64,000 nt of DNA from Bdellovibrionaceae bacterium UBA2339 (GTDB taxonomy: Bacteria > Bdellovibrionota > Bdellovibrionia > Bdellovibrionales > JAMPXM01), in assembly GCA_002344785.1 (NCBI GenBank), contig DDUL01000033.1, positions 43,238-107,237 on the forward strand. The letters are read 5' to 3'. The position numbers were made by a program, and so were the translations under genes. The notes under the pieces are model-generated. The model was not told the DNA's origin, did not search any database, and saw only the letters and a list, made by a program, of their open reading frames with translations. Each line of letters begins with the position of its first letter. Within the stretch, counting starts at the first letter, position 1. Of the stretch, positions 1-8,841 are shown piece after piece.

Positions 1-2
1 AA

Positions 3-797
3 TGGATTTCTCAACAGCTAGGGCTTCGAGTTGAAGTTCAGCGCGACACGCAAGACCTGTCCGTCTATTTGGTTTCGGATCCGAGGCTCTGGCGCAAGAT
101 TGAGACGCAATTGAAAAGTTCGGATCGTGAGTTGGCACGAAAGCTCATGTTCGAGGAGCGAAGCTTTGTGATCCCGGATGGTGAGTGGGCCTGTCTCGGC
201 CAGCCGACAGTTAACCATGCTGCGCATTTGGCTGGTGAGTATCTGCAAATGAAGGCCAGTGAGCGCCGTCGATTGACTTGGAAATTCCCAAATGACTTTG
301 AGGCGGCAATCTTCGTCGAGGGCCTTGCCTACTTTGCGTCGAAGTATGTGAATCCGAAGCGACAATCTGAGAGTTTTGCCGATCTGAGGGCGAGTCTTCA
401 GGCATGGCCTCAGACTCTTCCGGGGGCTTCCAAGTCCGATGAAGAGCGAGAGGCGCTCAGGCTCGCATTGGATCAAAGGATGTTGGAGCTGATGCACTTC
501 CATCAGGGTCGGCAGCGCAGGGTGCAGGTTCGCCCTAAGCGTTCGGCGAGCTGGCTCTGGGCCGCGTTGATTTTGGGTAGGATGTTGGGTGAGAGAATCT
601 TCACGGCGGATCGTGCTCACAAGCTACCGCGTCGCGAATTGGCGAGATGGTTCAAGCTTGACGTCACGCGCCCCGACTTTCGTCGTGAGTATTTGCAAAT
701 TCTTGCGCGTCTTGCACGCGCGGTAGGAACCGAAGTCGCGCCTTCTGATGTCTTGATGAAGAGTTTGTCGCATCGACCTCGGCGAGAGAGAATCTAA
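3..797 (+). CDS. hypothetical protein (5' end may lie outside the window)
   Basis: Frame 3 is open from the window edge to the stop at 795-797, and the first possible start inside the window is TTG 69. The composition looks protein-like, whereas the 200-aa antisense ORF 18-620 is Arg/Pro/Ser/Leu-rich. No recognisable motif. Confidence 0.5.
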   Translation, partial: WISQQLGLRVEVQRDTQDLSVYLVSDPRLWRKIETQLKSSDRELARKLMFEERSFVIPDGEWACLGQPTVNHAAHLAGEYLQMKASERRRLTWKFPNDFEAAIFVEGLAYFASKYVNPKRQSESFADLRASLQAWPQTLPGASKSDEEREALRLALDQRMLELMHFHQGRQRRVQVRPKRSASWLWAALILGRMLGERIFTADRAHKLPRRELARWFKLDVTRPDFRREYLQILARLARAVGTEVAPSDVLMKSLSHRPRRERI

Positions 798-891
798 TGG
801 CCGCGATTTGAGAACCTCTGGACTTTGAGCTTGCATTGAATTGCGGCTCGGGGACAAAATTAGAGCCTGAGCAGGTAGGAAGGAGACACGG

Positions 892-2958
892 ATGTCTCAA
901 AAATCACCGCCGAATGGGCCGCCGAATCAGATGGCACATGTGCCTCAAGAATCGACCGCGCCGACTTTCGCGCCGACTTCAATGAAGAGTCAGCTCGGTA
1001 AGACGACGCACTCATTTTACATCGACAACAAGGGGCGCTCTGAGGGGCCTTACTCAGCCGAGCAGCTGCGTTCCATGTTAATCAATGGCCGGTTGAGAGC
1101 TCTGGATTTGGTTTTTCGAGATGGTGATTTGGAGTGGAAGCCTTTGGCTTCATTTGCCGAGCTTCGAACTCCTGAGCGACCAAAAATTGAAGCTCAGCCG
1201 GAAATGTCTCCCGAAATCACTCCCAGCATCGCATGGGTGGTGCTGAGGCCGGCAGGTGGAAGTTACTCTCAGGAGGGTCCATTCTCCACGGCGACGGTGA
1301 TCGATGGTTTGGCGAGCGGACAATTTGTGTACTCGCAATTCGCTTGGCGACCCGGTTTGGATCAGTGGACTCGATTAGGAAATTTGCCGGAGTTCGACCG
1401 CCGCTCTCGTCTGAGGGCTGAATCTCCGCCCGTGCCACCGCCGCTTCCGCAACTGGGTGAACTTGAAATCTCGGAGGCGGAACAGCTGGTCAAGCGCGAG
1501 CTTGATACTCACGCCTCGGTTGCAACGGGTGAGTCTCATCGCGTGGATCGGTTGGCCCAAGAAATTCCACTCACCGGTAAGCAGCCCGCGGGTGATTGGT
1601 CCCCATTTGATGACGATGCTGACGAAGTTGAAGTTGTCGTTGGTCGAGACTTAGCACAAGTGCCATGGGAGCATGAGCGCGCGGCAAAGATTTCTGAGCC
1701 AGTCACTCAAGAGTCAGTTCGACCTTTGCACCATGAAAATTCAGAATTCAAAGAGGCCAACGATACTTCGGCGTCGAATCATGAAAGCGCTGATGTGACG
1801 AATGGCCGAGAGGCTCACTTTCGTCCACAGATCATCACGGGCCAGGTGACTGCACCCATCGCTCAAAGTGCAGAGCCTGCTCCACTTCGCGATCCATGGG
1901 AAATCTGGGGGAAGAAGGCGGCCGGCGGGGCGCTCATGGGATTGGCCTTGCTGTTTGGCCAACATCTCATCACTCGGCCGACATCGACGGAAATGAACTC
2001 ACAGACTTCCGAACTTGTGCGCCGAAATACGACGGAGCCTGTGGATGCAAATGCCGCTCAAGCCCTGGGTCAAGGCTCAGATCCTGCGGTCGCGCAGGTG
2101 GGCGCCAATTCGAATCCGCCTCCAGGTTTAACGGCAGATCCGCTTTCAAGTCCAAACCTCGAGACCACGGGTGGTGAGAGTCGATCGGTGGCAGCGGCAA
2201 ATGCGCCGAGTCTCAGCGGAACCTTGCGCGTACGTGGTCAAAAGCTCGATCAGTCCGACGCGGCCGTTCTCGTTGAAGGCGTGAAGGCATTGGGCGCGAC
2301 CGAACTGAATGTGAAGATCACGGCTGAGGTCGGACAAGTCTTGGAGCGCTATCACGTTCGTCAGGAGAAGACTTGGGCCGTGCCGGCCGAAGAGTTCAAT
2401 GCGGACCTCGTTCGAATTGGACTTAAGAGTTTTCAATTGCCTCAGGGTGAGTACAAAGTACGCGTCAGTGTCGGCGAGCAGGTTGCGGAGCAGGTGATCT
2501 TTCTTGGTGAGCGTAACGCGAAGTTCTTAAGCCAAATGGAAGATCATCTCCGCGCGATTTCATTTGAAGCTCAGTCGCAGAAGAAAGCTTTGTTCTACTT
2601 GGCGCGTGATTTGGATTCTTTAGCGCGCGAGCTCGGCGAAAAGTATGGACAGCTTCGCGGCCGTTCAGAGCTTTGGTCACAGTTCATGGTGAAGTGGCAG
2701 GAGCGAATGAAGCAGGCTGAGACTCAGTTGGCTGGACTCAGTCGCAAACCCATCGAACAACAAGTGTTTCCCGAGCCCACAGGGCGACTTGTGCTCATTC
2801 AGCAGTCGATGAAGGAAATGGGAGTTCAGTATCAACAGAGCATTCGCCAACAGCGCGATGTCGCTAGTGATCAGCTCTCATCTCTGATCAGCGAGCTCGC
2901 GCGAACCAAAGAAAACATTGGTTCGCTCACATGGCGAGTGGGTGCTGAGACGGATTGA
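892..2958 (+). CDS. GYF_2 (DUF4339)-type double-domain protein with one TM segment
   Basis: 688-aa ORF with AGGAGA upstream of ATG 892. It has two N-terminal GYF_2-like modules (FYIDNKGRSEGPYSAEQLRSMLINGRL..LEWKPLASFAEL and WVVLRPAGG..QEGPFSTATVIDGLASGQF..DQWTRLGNLPEF). These are followed by an acidic linker, a hydrophobic segment (AAGGALMGLALLFGQHLI) and an unassigned C-terminal half. Confidence 0.7.
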   Translation: MSQKSPPNGPPNQMAHVPQESTAPTFAPTSMKSQLGKTTHSFYIDNKGRSEGPYSAEQLRSMLINGRLRALDLVFRDGDLEWKPLASFAELRTPERPKIEAQPEMSPEITPSIAWVVLRPAGGSYSQEGPFSTATVIDGLASGQFVYSQFAWRPGLDQWTRLGNLPEFDRRSRLRAESPPVPPPLPQLGELEISEAEQLVKRELDTHASVATGESHRVDRLAQEIPLTGKQPAGDWSPFDDDADEVEVVVGRDLAQVPWEHERAAKISEPVTQESVRPLHHENSEFKEANDTSASNHESADVTNGREAHFRPQIITGQVTAPIAQSAEPAPLRDPWEIWGKKAAGGALMGLALLFGQHLITRPTSTEMNSQTSELVRRNTTEPVDANAAQALGQGSDPAVAQVGANSNPPPGLTADPLSSPNLETTGGESRSVAAANAPSLSGTLRVRGQKLDQSDAAVLVEGVKALGATELNVKITAEVGQVLERYHVRQEKTWAVPAEEFNADLVRIGLKSFQLPQGEYKVRVSVGEQVAEQVIFLGERNAKFLSQMEDHLRAISFEAQSQKKALFYLARDLDSLARELGEKYGQLRGRSELWSQFMVKWQERMKQAETQLAGLSRKPIEQQVFPEPTGRLVLIQQSMKEMGVQYQQSIRQQRDVASDQLSSLISELARTKENIGSLTWRVGAETD

Positions 2959-3033
2959 TCGGCACTGATCGATGCAACTCTCGATGCTTTAAGGGAAATT
3001 TTTCGGGCTCGAATTGATGGCTGCGCCGACTTC

Positions 3034-3375
3034 TTAATTGGAGTCGGCCCTGGCGGCTTGCGAGGCGGAAGCTCCCGCCGCAAACGAAGCGTTCGAGCTC
3101 TTTTTGACCAGCATTTCACGGAAGTCTTTGCCGGGCTTAAATTTGGGCACCTTAGTGGCCGGAATGTGAACTTGGGTGCCAGTCTTCGGGTTTCGTCCCT
3201 TACGGCTTTGGCGAGCACTCATGGAAAAGGTGCCGAAGCCCACCAGTTTGACCTCTTCGCCCTTCGCAACGGCTTTCGCAATCACTTCAAGAGCTGCGTC
3301 CAGAAGCATTTCGCTTTGAGTTTTGGTCAGTTTGGTTTTTTGCGCCACCTTATCAATCAATTCCGCTTTGTTCAT
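3034..3375 (-). CDS. hup: HU-family nucleoid DNA-binding protein with Ala/Ser-rich C-terminal tail
   Basis: 113 aa. MNKAELIDKVA..LVGFGTFSMSARQSRKGRNPKTGTQVHIPATKVPKFKPGK is a near-canonical HU/IHF fold and beta-arm signature. About 20 extra residues lie beyond the usual ~90 aa. Confidence 0.9.
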   Translation of the reverse strand: MNKAELIDKVAQKTKLTKTQSEMLLDAALEVIAKAVAKGEEVKLVGFGTFSMSARQSRKGRNPKTGTQVHIPATKVPKFKPGKDFREMLVKKSSNASFAAGASASQAARADSN

Positions 3376-3730
3376 TCGCGTCCTCGGTTGGTCTTGGTGT
3401 CGCGTGGAAGGTTGCGATGGGAATCCATGGGCAGGCTCCCATGGGGTCCATCCGAACCAGATTCACGGCGACTGAGACGGGTTAGGCTCAGGCAATAGCG
3501 ACTCGGAGCAAGTTTCTAGATTTTGCGTTGGAGGGGGTCAAGTGAGAGGGGCGGGTCCCACAAAAAAATCTTTTCGAGGAATGTTTCGAGGCCGCTTTCA
3601 CATTCTTGAATCTGGTGGTCTCAATCGTGGATGGCCAGATGAAGCTCACACCTGAACGGCGCTGCGGCTGCGGTCTGGCGAGCGGAGTTCTCAGCTGGTC
3701 ATGAGCGGGGTGATTTGCTAAGTTGGCGGA

Positions 3731-5656
3731 ATGCAAAGACAGTTGAGGCGTGAGACAGCAGAGTTTTTGTCATTCATTTTGGCAGAGGTACTGCGTGATT
3801 TTATGCGCCCGACGCCTGATTCCACCGGATCAGCTCCATCGGCTCTCACAGATGCAGCAGCGGCAATTGCTGGCGCATCTGCGCCAACTTCTGTGCCAAC
3901 TTCTGCGGCAGGTAAAAGCTTGACCTCGGAACTCGGTGCAAGTGCCGCGATGAGCGTTGAGCAGATTGAAGCTGTCATTGAGCGTCCCAAAAAAATCGAG
4001 CATGGGCATTTGGCTTGGCCGCTATTTCCTTTGGCCAAGATTTTACGTCGGCCGCCGCCTGCGCTGGCCGCGCAGTTTGCTCAATTGATTCAGGATCGAA
4101 TCGCAGCAGGGGACCCAAACTGTCAAAAATTGGGCTTGGCGCAAGCCGTGGCGGTCGGTGGATTTTTGAACCTCACGATTCGAGATGAAGCATTTCAGGA
4201 TCGCTTGATTCAAGCCGTGAGGGCTTCGCTTCGGCATGATCCACAAGCTTCGACACTCGGAAATTCCGACGTTGGTAAGGGGCGGCGCTTGGTCATCGAC
4301 TATTCGTCGCCAAACGTCGCAAAGCCGATGCATGTTGGGCACCTGCGCGCGACAGTGATTGGTCAGGCAATCCGGAATTTGGCTCAATCACAAGGTTACG
4401 AAGTGATCGGCCTGAATCACCTCGGTGATTGGGGTGTGCAATTCGGGAAATTGGCATGGGCTTACCGGCAGTGGGGGCACGAGTATGATTTTGAAGGGAA
4501 GGCTTTCCCCAGCCTATTTGCCATTTACGTTCGCTTTCACGAAGAAGCTGAGAAGCGCCCAGAGCTTGAGGCCTTAGGATCTGCAGAGTTCAAAAAACTA
4601 GAAGATGGAGATCCCGAGCTTCAGGCGATTTGGAAGAGATTCGTGCAGATCTCTCTCGCGGAATATCAAAAGGTTTGGGACCTACTGGGTGTTCAACATG
4701 ATCTTGTTCGCGGGGAAAGCTTCTACAACGATCGATTGCAAGCCGTTGAATCGATGTTGGAGCAAAAGAAACTTCTCGTGCTCAGTGATGGGGCCTACGT
4801 GGTTCCGCTCGGCGATGAAATGCCCCCATGTCTCATTCGCAAGAGCGACGGCGCCTCTCTTTACGCCACTCGCGACCTTGCGAGTGCGATCTACCGACGT
4901 GAAGAACTGAAGGCCGACTTGAATCTTTACGTTGTTGGATTCGAGCAGAGTTTGCACTTCAAACAAGTCTTCAAAGTCTTGCAGCTCTGTGGTTACGACT
5001 GGGTGGAGGGCTGTCATCATGTGGCCTTCGGTCTCTATCGCTTCAAAGAAGGCGTTAAGATGTCCACTCGCAAGGGCCAAGTGATCTTCTTAGAAGAAGT
5101 CTTACGCCAAGCGATTGAGCGAACTCGGGAGATCATTCAAACCAAGAATCCGAATCTGACAGAAGAGGAGCGAGCGCGTGTCGCTGAGGAAGTCGGCGTC
5201 GGCGCGGTGATCTTCAATGATCTCCTCTTTGATCGAAGCAAGAACGTTGAATTTGATTGGGATCGAATTTTGAGCTTCGAAGGCGATAGCGGACCTTACG
5301 TGCAATACATGCATGTCCGATGTGCGTCCTTGATTAAAAAGTTTGAGGCCGCGGGTCTGCGGCCGAATCTCGAGCAAGTTTCGGTTCTGAGTTCTCCCGA
5401 AGAGCGCGAGCTGATCCGCCAGCTGATGAGTTTTGATGAAGTTCTCGAATCATCGTTCGCGGGATTTCGTCCCAATGTGTTGGCTCAATACTTGTTAGAA
5501 GTTTGCGCAGCGTTTTCGCGTTTCTATCATGAGCATCGTATTCTTGACGAGGCTGAGCCAATCCGCGGATCGAGAATGGCGCTTGTCGAGTGCACGCGGG
5601 TGATCTTGGCGCGTGGTCTGCGCCTCCTCTCCATTCGTCCGCCACAGGTCATGTGA
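3731..5656 (+). CDS. argS: arginine--tRNA ligase
   Basis: Class I aaRS motifs HVGHLR (HIGH) and MSTRKG (KMSKS) are present. The ArgS-type N-terminal add-on domain and DALR-type C-terminus end in ..PQVM. A low-complexity Ala/Ser/Thr/Pro stretch near the N-terminus makes the exact start slightly uncertain. Confidence 0.93.
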   Translation: MQRQLRRETAEFLSFILAEVLRDFMRPTPDSTGSAPSALTDAAAAIAGASAPTSVPTSAAGKSLTSELGASAAMSVEQIEAVIERPKKIEHGHLAWPLFPLAKILRRPPPALAAQFAQLIQDRIAAGDPNCQKLGLAQAVAVGGFLNLTIRDEAFQDRLIQAVRASLRHDPQASTLGNSDVGKGRRLVIDYSSPNVAKPMHVGHLRATVIGQAIRNLAQSQGYEVIGLNHLGDWGVQFGKLAWAYRQWGHEYDFEGKAFPSLFAIYVRFHEEAEKRPELEALGSAEFKKLEDGDPELQAIWKRFVQISLAEYQKVWDLLGVQHDLVRGESFYNDRLQAVESMLEQKKLLVLSDGAYVVPLGDEMPPCLIRKSDGASLYATRDLASAIYRREELKADLNLYVVGFEQSLHFKQVFKVLQLCGYDWVEGCHHVAFGLYRFKEGVKMSTRKGQVIFLEEVLRQAIERTREIIQTKNPNLTEEERARVAEEVGVGAVIFNDLLFDRSKNVEFDWDRILSFEGDSGPYVQYMHVRCASLIKKFEAAGLRPNLEQVSVLSSPEERELIRQLMSFDEVLESSFAGFRPNVLAQYLLEVCAAFSRFYHEHRILDEAEPIRGSRMALVECTRVILARGLRLLSIRPPQVM

Positions 5657-6663
5657 GTTCGATCTTCGTAACTCGTCTCAACGACGCGTGGAGTGATGCT
5701 TGTATTGCCAAGATCTTGGCGATGAGTGGGCTTCAAGTGGCCGAACATGATCTTGTTCAAAAGCTTCTGGCTGACTTTGTTCATGATCGAAAGCTCGGCC
5801 TGTTGTGGTCGACAAGTGTGCGGCCGGATCATGCGACGTCTCAACTTCTCAGGGTTTGGTCCGACGACTTTGGAGCGCGTGCAGAGATCTCCGCGTTCAA
5901 AAGCATTGGTGAAGCTCGTCGAAGGCTCGCGGATCAGTCGGGAAGTCGCCGAATTTGGCGGTCCATTCCGCGTGGATTGGTTCGGCGCGGAGCTCTTTTG
6001 CAGGACCAGCTCTATCACAGAAAGTGGCAGCAACCGCAGGGCTGGGCGGGCCAAGAGTCGCGAAACCAGCTGGGGAAATTCGATCGTGGTGCATTCGTTT
6101 GGTTGGATCCGCAACATCTGCTTTGGTCGGCTGAATTTCGTGAGCTCGCGCCTGAAGGAAATTGGAGTTTTATTGAGGATCGGGTGAACCCTCCTTCAAG
6201 GGCGTATTTGAAACTTTGGGAGTGGAGCTGGAGAAGTGATTTTCGGCCCAAATCCGGAGATCGAGTTTTGGATTTGGGAGCCAGTCCCGGAGGATGGACT
6301 TGGGTCTTACTTGAGGCGGGATGTCGGGTGGTGACGCTGGATCGAACTTCGGAGTTGCATCCTGCGGTTCGCGAGCGGATCGAGTCGGCCCACCAAGGTG
6401 ACGCTTTTGATTTGAGTTCGTGGCCCGAAGGGAACTGGGATTGGGTCACTTGTGATGTGATCGCGGCCCCGGAGCGAAGCCTTCGACTCATCGAGGAGTT
6501 GCGAGAGCGCAATCAGCGCTTTGTCATCACCGTGAAATTCAAGGGTGTACCTGAAGACCGTGACATAGAAAGGCTCTTGCACCAGCTCGACGATCGGCGA
6601 GTGCGGGCACAACGACTCTGGCACAACAAACATGAGATCACGGTTTGGATGGATCGAACTTGA
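5653..6663 (+). CDS. rlmM: 23S rRNA 2'-O-ribose methyltransferase RlmM-like (FtsJ fold)
   Basis: The C-terminal SAM MTase carries PPSRAYLKLWEW, VLDLGASPGGWTWVLLEAG, VTCDVIAAPE and ITVKFKG, matching the RlmM/YgdE layout with an N-terminal THUMP-like region. GTG 5653 overlaps the argS stop (GTGA). The ORF-track start 5590 would overlap argS by 67 nt. Confidence 0.75.
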   Translation: MSSIFVTRLNDAWSDACIAKILAMSGLQVAEHDLVQKLLADFVHDRKLGLLWSTSVRPDHATSQLLRVWSDDFGARAEISAFKSIGEARRRLADQSGSRRIWRSIPRGLVRRGALLQDQLYHRKWQQPQGWAGQESRNQLGKFDRGAFVWLDPQHLLWSAEFRELAPEGNWSFIEDRVNPPSRAYLKLWEWSWRSDFRPKSGDRVLDLGASPGGWTWVLLEAGCRVVTLDRTSELHPAVRERIESAHQGDAFDLSSWPEGNWDWVTCDVIAAPERSLRLIEELRERNQRFVITVKFKGVPEDRDIERLLHQLDDRRVRAQRLWHNKHEITVWMDRT

Positions 6664-6886
6664 GGTGAGCTTTCAGAGCGCCTCAAAATGAGACGATTTG
6701 CGACGATTTCGCTAGCTACAACTCATTTTCAATCACCGAATTGCCGATAAATTATTGTGCGATAAATCGAGTGGACTCGAAGGTTTACCGAGCTCACTTG
6801 ATTTGATCCCGCACTCCGAATTCGTCGACATCATGCTTGCGATGTCACGATCGGCACTTCGCGTTTTTCGGAACGAGGGAGCTTGC

Positions 6887-7606
6887 ATGGCGGCTCAGAA
6901 GAAAAAGGCCCAGCAGTCCGCACTGAGTGGAGGCATGTTTGCCTCGGTGCTCTTGATCTTGGCTTTTGGATTTGTCGGCTTACGCCAATTGGCCAGCCAA
7001 GGAACTCATGATCGCGATGCGCTCATAAGGCAATTGGAAGTCGCCCAGCAGGCTCGCGCACAGGCCGAGTTACGTGAACAGTTGGCACTTCAACAAGTCC
7101 GAGAATTGGGAACGCAAGTGGCAACGGTCTTGCCGGCGCAGTATCGTTCGATCGCCAAAGATGCAAGGACCTATCAGGCTCGTGCAATTGCCAGCGTCAC
7201 CAATGCTCCGGAACTGGAATTGAAGATTGAACGTGCATCGAGTTTGTTGGAAAGGGCCAAAGCCGACTTTCGTGCGCAGAATTTTGAAACCTCAAATAAA
7301 CGCCTTTCGGATTTGATTCGAAGTTACCCCGATTCAATTCATGGTCCCGAGGCTCGATTCTTACTCGTTGAAGGCCTTTATCGAAGTCGCGATTTTGAAA
7401 CTTGCATCGAGACGATCGAAGAGATGCTCCGGCTCTATCCTGAGAGCGAATTGACTGGATTTGCGCTTTTGCGATTGGCGAAGATTTACGAACTCCGCGA
7501 TCGAATGGAAGACGCAGCCGACGTGTATCGGTCCATTCTGCAAAACTATCCTCAAAACGAAATTAAGATGCAGGCCAAAATGGCCTTGAAACGAGTGGAT
7601 TTGTGA
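6887..7606 (+). CDS. membrane-anchored TPR protein, YbgF/CpoB-like C-terminal domain
   Basis: ATG 6887 is preceded by GAGGGA. The protein has a TM anchor (GMFASVLLILAFGFVGL), a coiled coil, then TPR units (LIRSYPDSIHGPEARFLLVEGLYRSRDFETCIETIEEMLRLYPESE..AADVYRSILQNYPQNE) as in YbgF/CpoB. Confidence 0.7.
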   Translation: MAAQKKKAQQSALSGGMFASVLLILAFGFVGLRQLASQGTHDRDALIRQLEVAQQARAQAELREQLALQQVRELGTQVATVLPAQYRSIAKDARTYQARAIASVTNAPELELKIERASSLLERAKADFRAQNFETSNKRLSDLIRSYPDSIHGPEARFLLVEGLYRSRDFETCIETIEEMLRLYPESELTGFALLRLAKIYELRDRMEDAADVYRSILQNYPQNEIKMQAKMALKRVDL

Positions 7607-8679
7607 GTCGACGAGGAGTCGCTACTTTTCTTGGTTTACTTCTAGGCTTTTCCATAGAAGTCCGAATCGGCGCGCATGATCGCATTTCGACTTTGCCCTT
7701 GCAAATTGATGAAAACCTCCAAGTCAAATCGGGTCAGGTTGTCATGGAGCCAACGGCTTGTGTGCAGCTTGCGCCTCGTGTCTGTGAAGCCGATGAAGAG
7801 ACTTGCAGCTCGGAGATTCAACCCAACTCCTCCAGCGCTCGGGATGCATCAAAGGGCCGTCGGCGGGTTCACTTTTCAGCGAAATTCAATTCGAGTTCCA
7901 ATTCCAAAGAGCGACGATGTGCTTTGCGCGTCGGTGAAGATCGCCGCCTGACTTTCGCGTGGAGGGGACTGAGATTCACTTTGATCGACGCGGCGATGAT
8001 TGAGCTCGTCGAAGAATCGACTAGCGCTCATTTTCGGATTTTGCAGGGAAGAGTTCGCGTGACGGAGATCGAAGCCACCCAGCGGCCTGAATCGGAGAGT
8101 TCGACAGCGGTTGCTGCTCAGTCAGCGGAGCGGCCTCGACAATTGCCGCAATTATTGAGTCACCTGGGTCAGTTTGAAATGAAGCCGGGCGTGGATGTGA
8201 GTGTGCATGTGCATGGAACTTCTGATTCAAAATCTTTGGGATCCGAGTCCTTGCAGGCGGTGACGCTTTTCAATGAGTCCGATCAGACGCTCACGATGCA
8301 ACTCAAAGGCTGGTCGGAGCCGAAGGAGCTGCCGCCTTGGACGGAAGTCGTGATACGTCGTCCCGGCTACAGAACAGCTCAGGCTTTGGTCGAGATTCCA
8401 GTTCCCTTGCAGTGGGACAGTTTTGTTGAGCGCCGAGCTCGCTTACACCATGGGCATCGAAATCAGTTTGCCAAGGATCTCCAGCGCGCAGCCCAAGGTC
8501 GCGTACAGGCTGCTGAGTTCGTCGGACAGGCTCATCGCTTGGCTGCAGATCGTAAAGTGGCTTCTATTCGAGCTGAAGAGGCACGAGAGCGAGAGGCTGA
8601 GCGCCAGGCAAAGGTGCAAAGTGCCGAAGTGAAGCGCCTCTTCCGTGAGAGATTTCAGCGCCAACAGCTCGGCGAATGA
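7603..8679 (+). CDS. hypothetical exported protein with C-terminal charged helix
   Basis: GTG 7603 overlaps the upstream stop (GTGA). Signal-like N-terminus MSRRGVATFLGLLLGFS. The C-terminal Glu/Arg/Ala-rich helix is IRAEEAREREAERQAKVQSAEVKRLFRERF. No firm family motif. Confidence 0.6.
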   Translation: MSRRGVATFLGLLLGFSIEVRIGAHDRISTLPLQIDENLQVKSGQVVMEPTACVQLAPRVCEADEETCSSEIQPNSSSARDASKGRRRVHFSAKFNSSSNSKERRCALRVGEDRRLTFAWRGLRFTLIDAAMIELVEESTSAHFRILQGRVRVTEIEATQRPESESSTAVAAQSAERPRQLPQLLSHLGQFEMKPGVDVSVHVHGTSDSKSLGSESLQAVTLFNESDQTLTMQLKGWSEPKELPPWTEVVIRRPGYRTAQALVEIPVPLQWDSFVERRARLHHGHRNQFAKDLQRAAQGRVQAAEFVGQAHRLAADRKVASIRAEEAREREAERQAKVQSAEVKRLFRERFQRQQLGE

Positions 8680-8734
8680 CAAGCCACAATCGGCTCGAGC
8701 GCTCCTCCCTATGAACCTTCAAATTTTCTAGCTC

Positions 8735-8757
8735 GACTCCTGTCGAGGAGTCTTCTT
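8735..8757 (+). terminator. intrinsic terminator candidate after 7603-8679
   Basis: GACTCCT-GTCG-AGGAGTC (7-bp stem, 4-nt loop) followed by TTCTT, lying 56 nt after the stop codon. Confidence 0.5.
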
Positions 8758-8841
8758 GAAGCAGCGGATTCGCGGTGAATTCTGCTGAGTTCTGCTACAC
8801 TGAGGAAGACTGCAATCACTTCTCATGGAGGAGAAGCCGGT

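Noticed and set aside
3425-3444. Hairpin CCATGGG-N6-CCCATGG upstream of the HU gene
   Set aside because: It is only 7 bp with no flanking signal. It could be a 5' UTR element, but it is too short to support a call without conservation data.
5590-5652. Upstream extension of the rlmM-like ORF into argS
   Set aside because: It would overlap argS by 67 nt. GTG 5653 gives the common GTGA stop/start junction, and the conserved protein begins after it.
6755-6886. N-terminal extension of the YbgF-like TPR gene
   Set aside because: The extension has no SD, whereas ATG 6887 has GAGGGA at proper spacing and is followed at once by a basic stretch plus a TM anchor.
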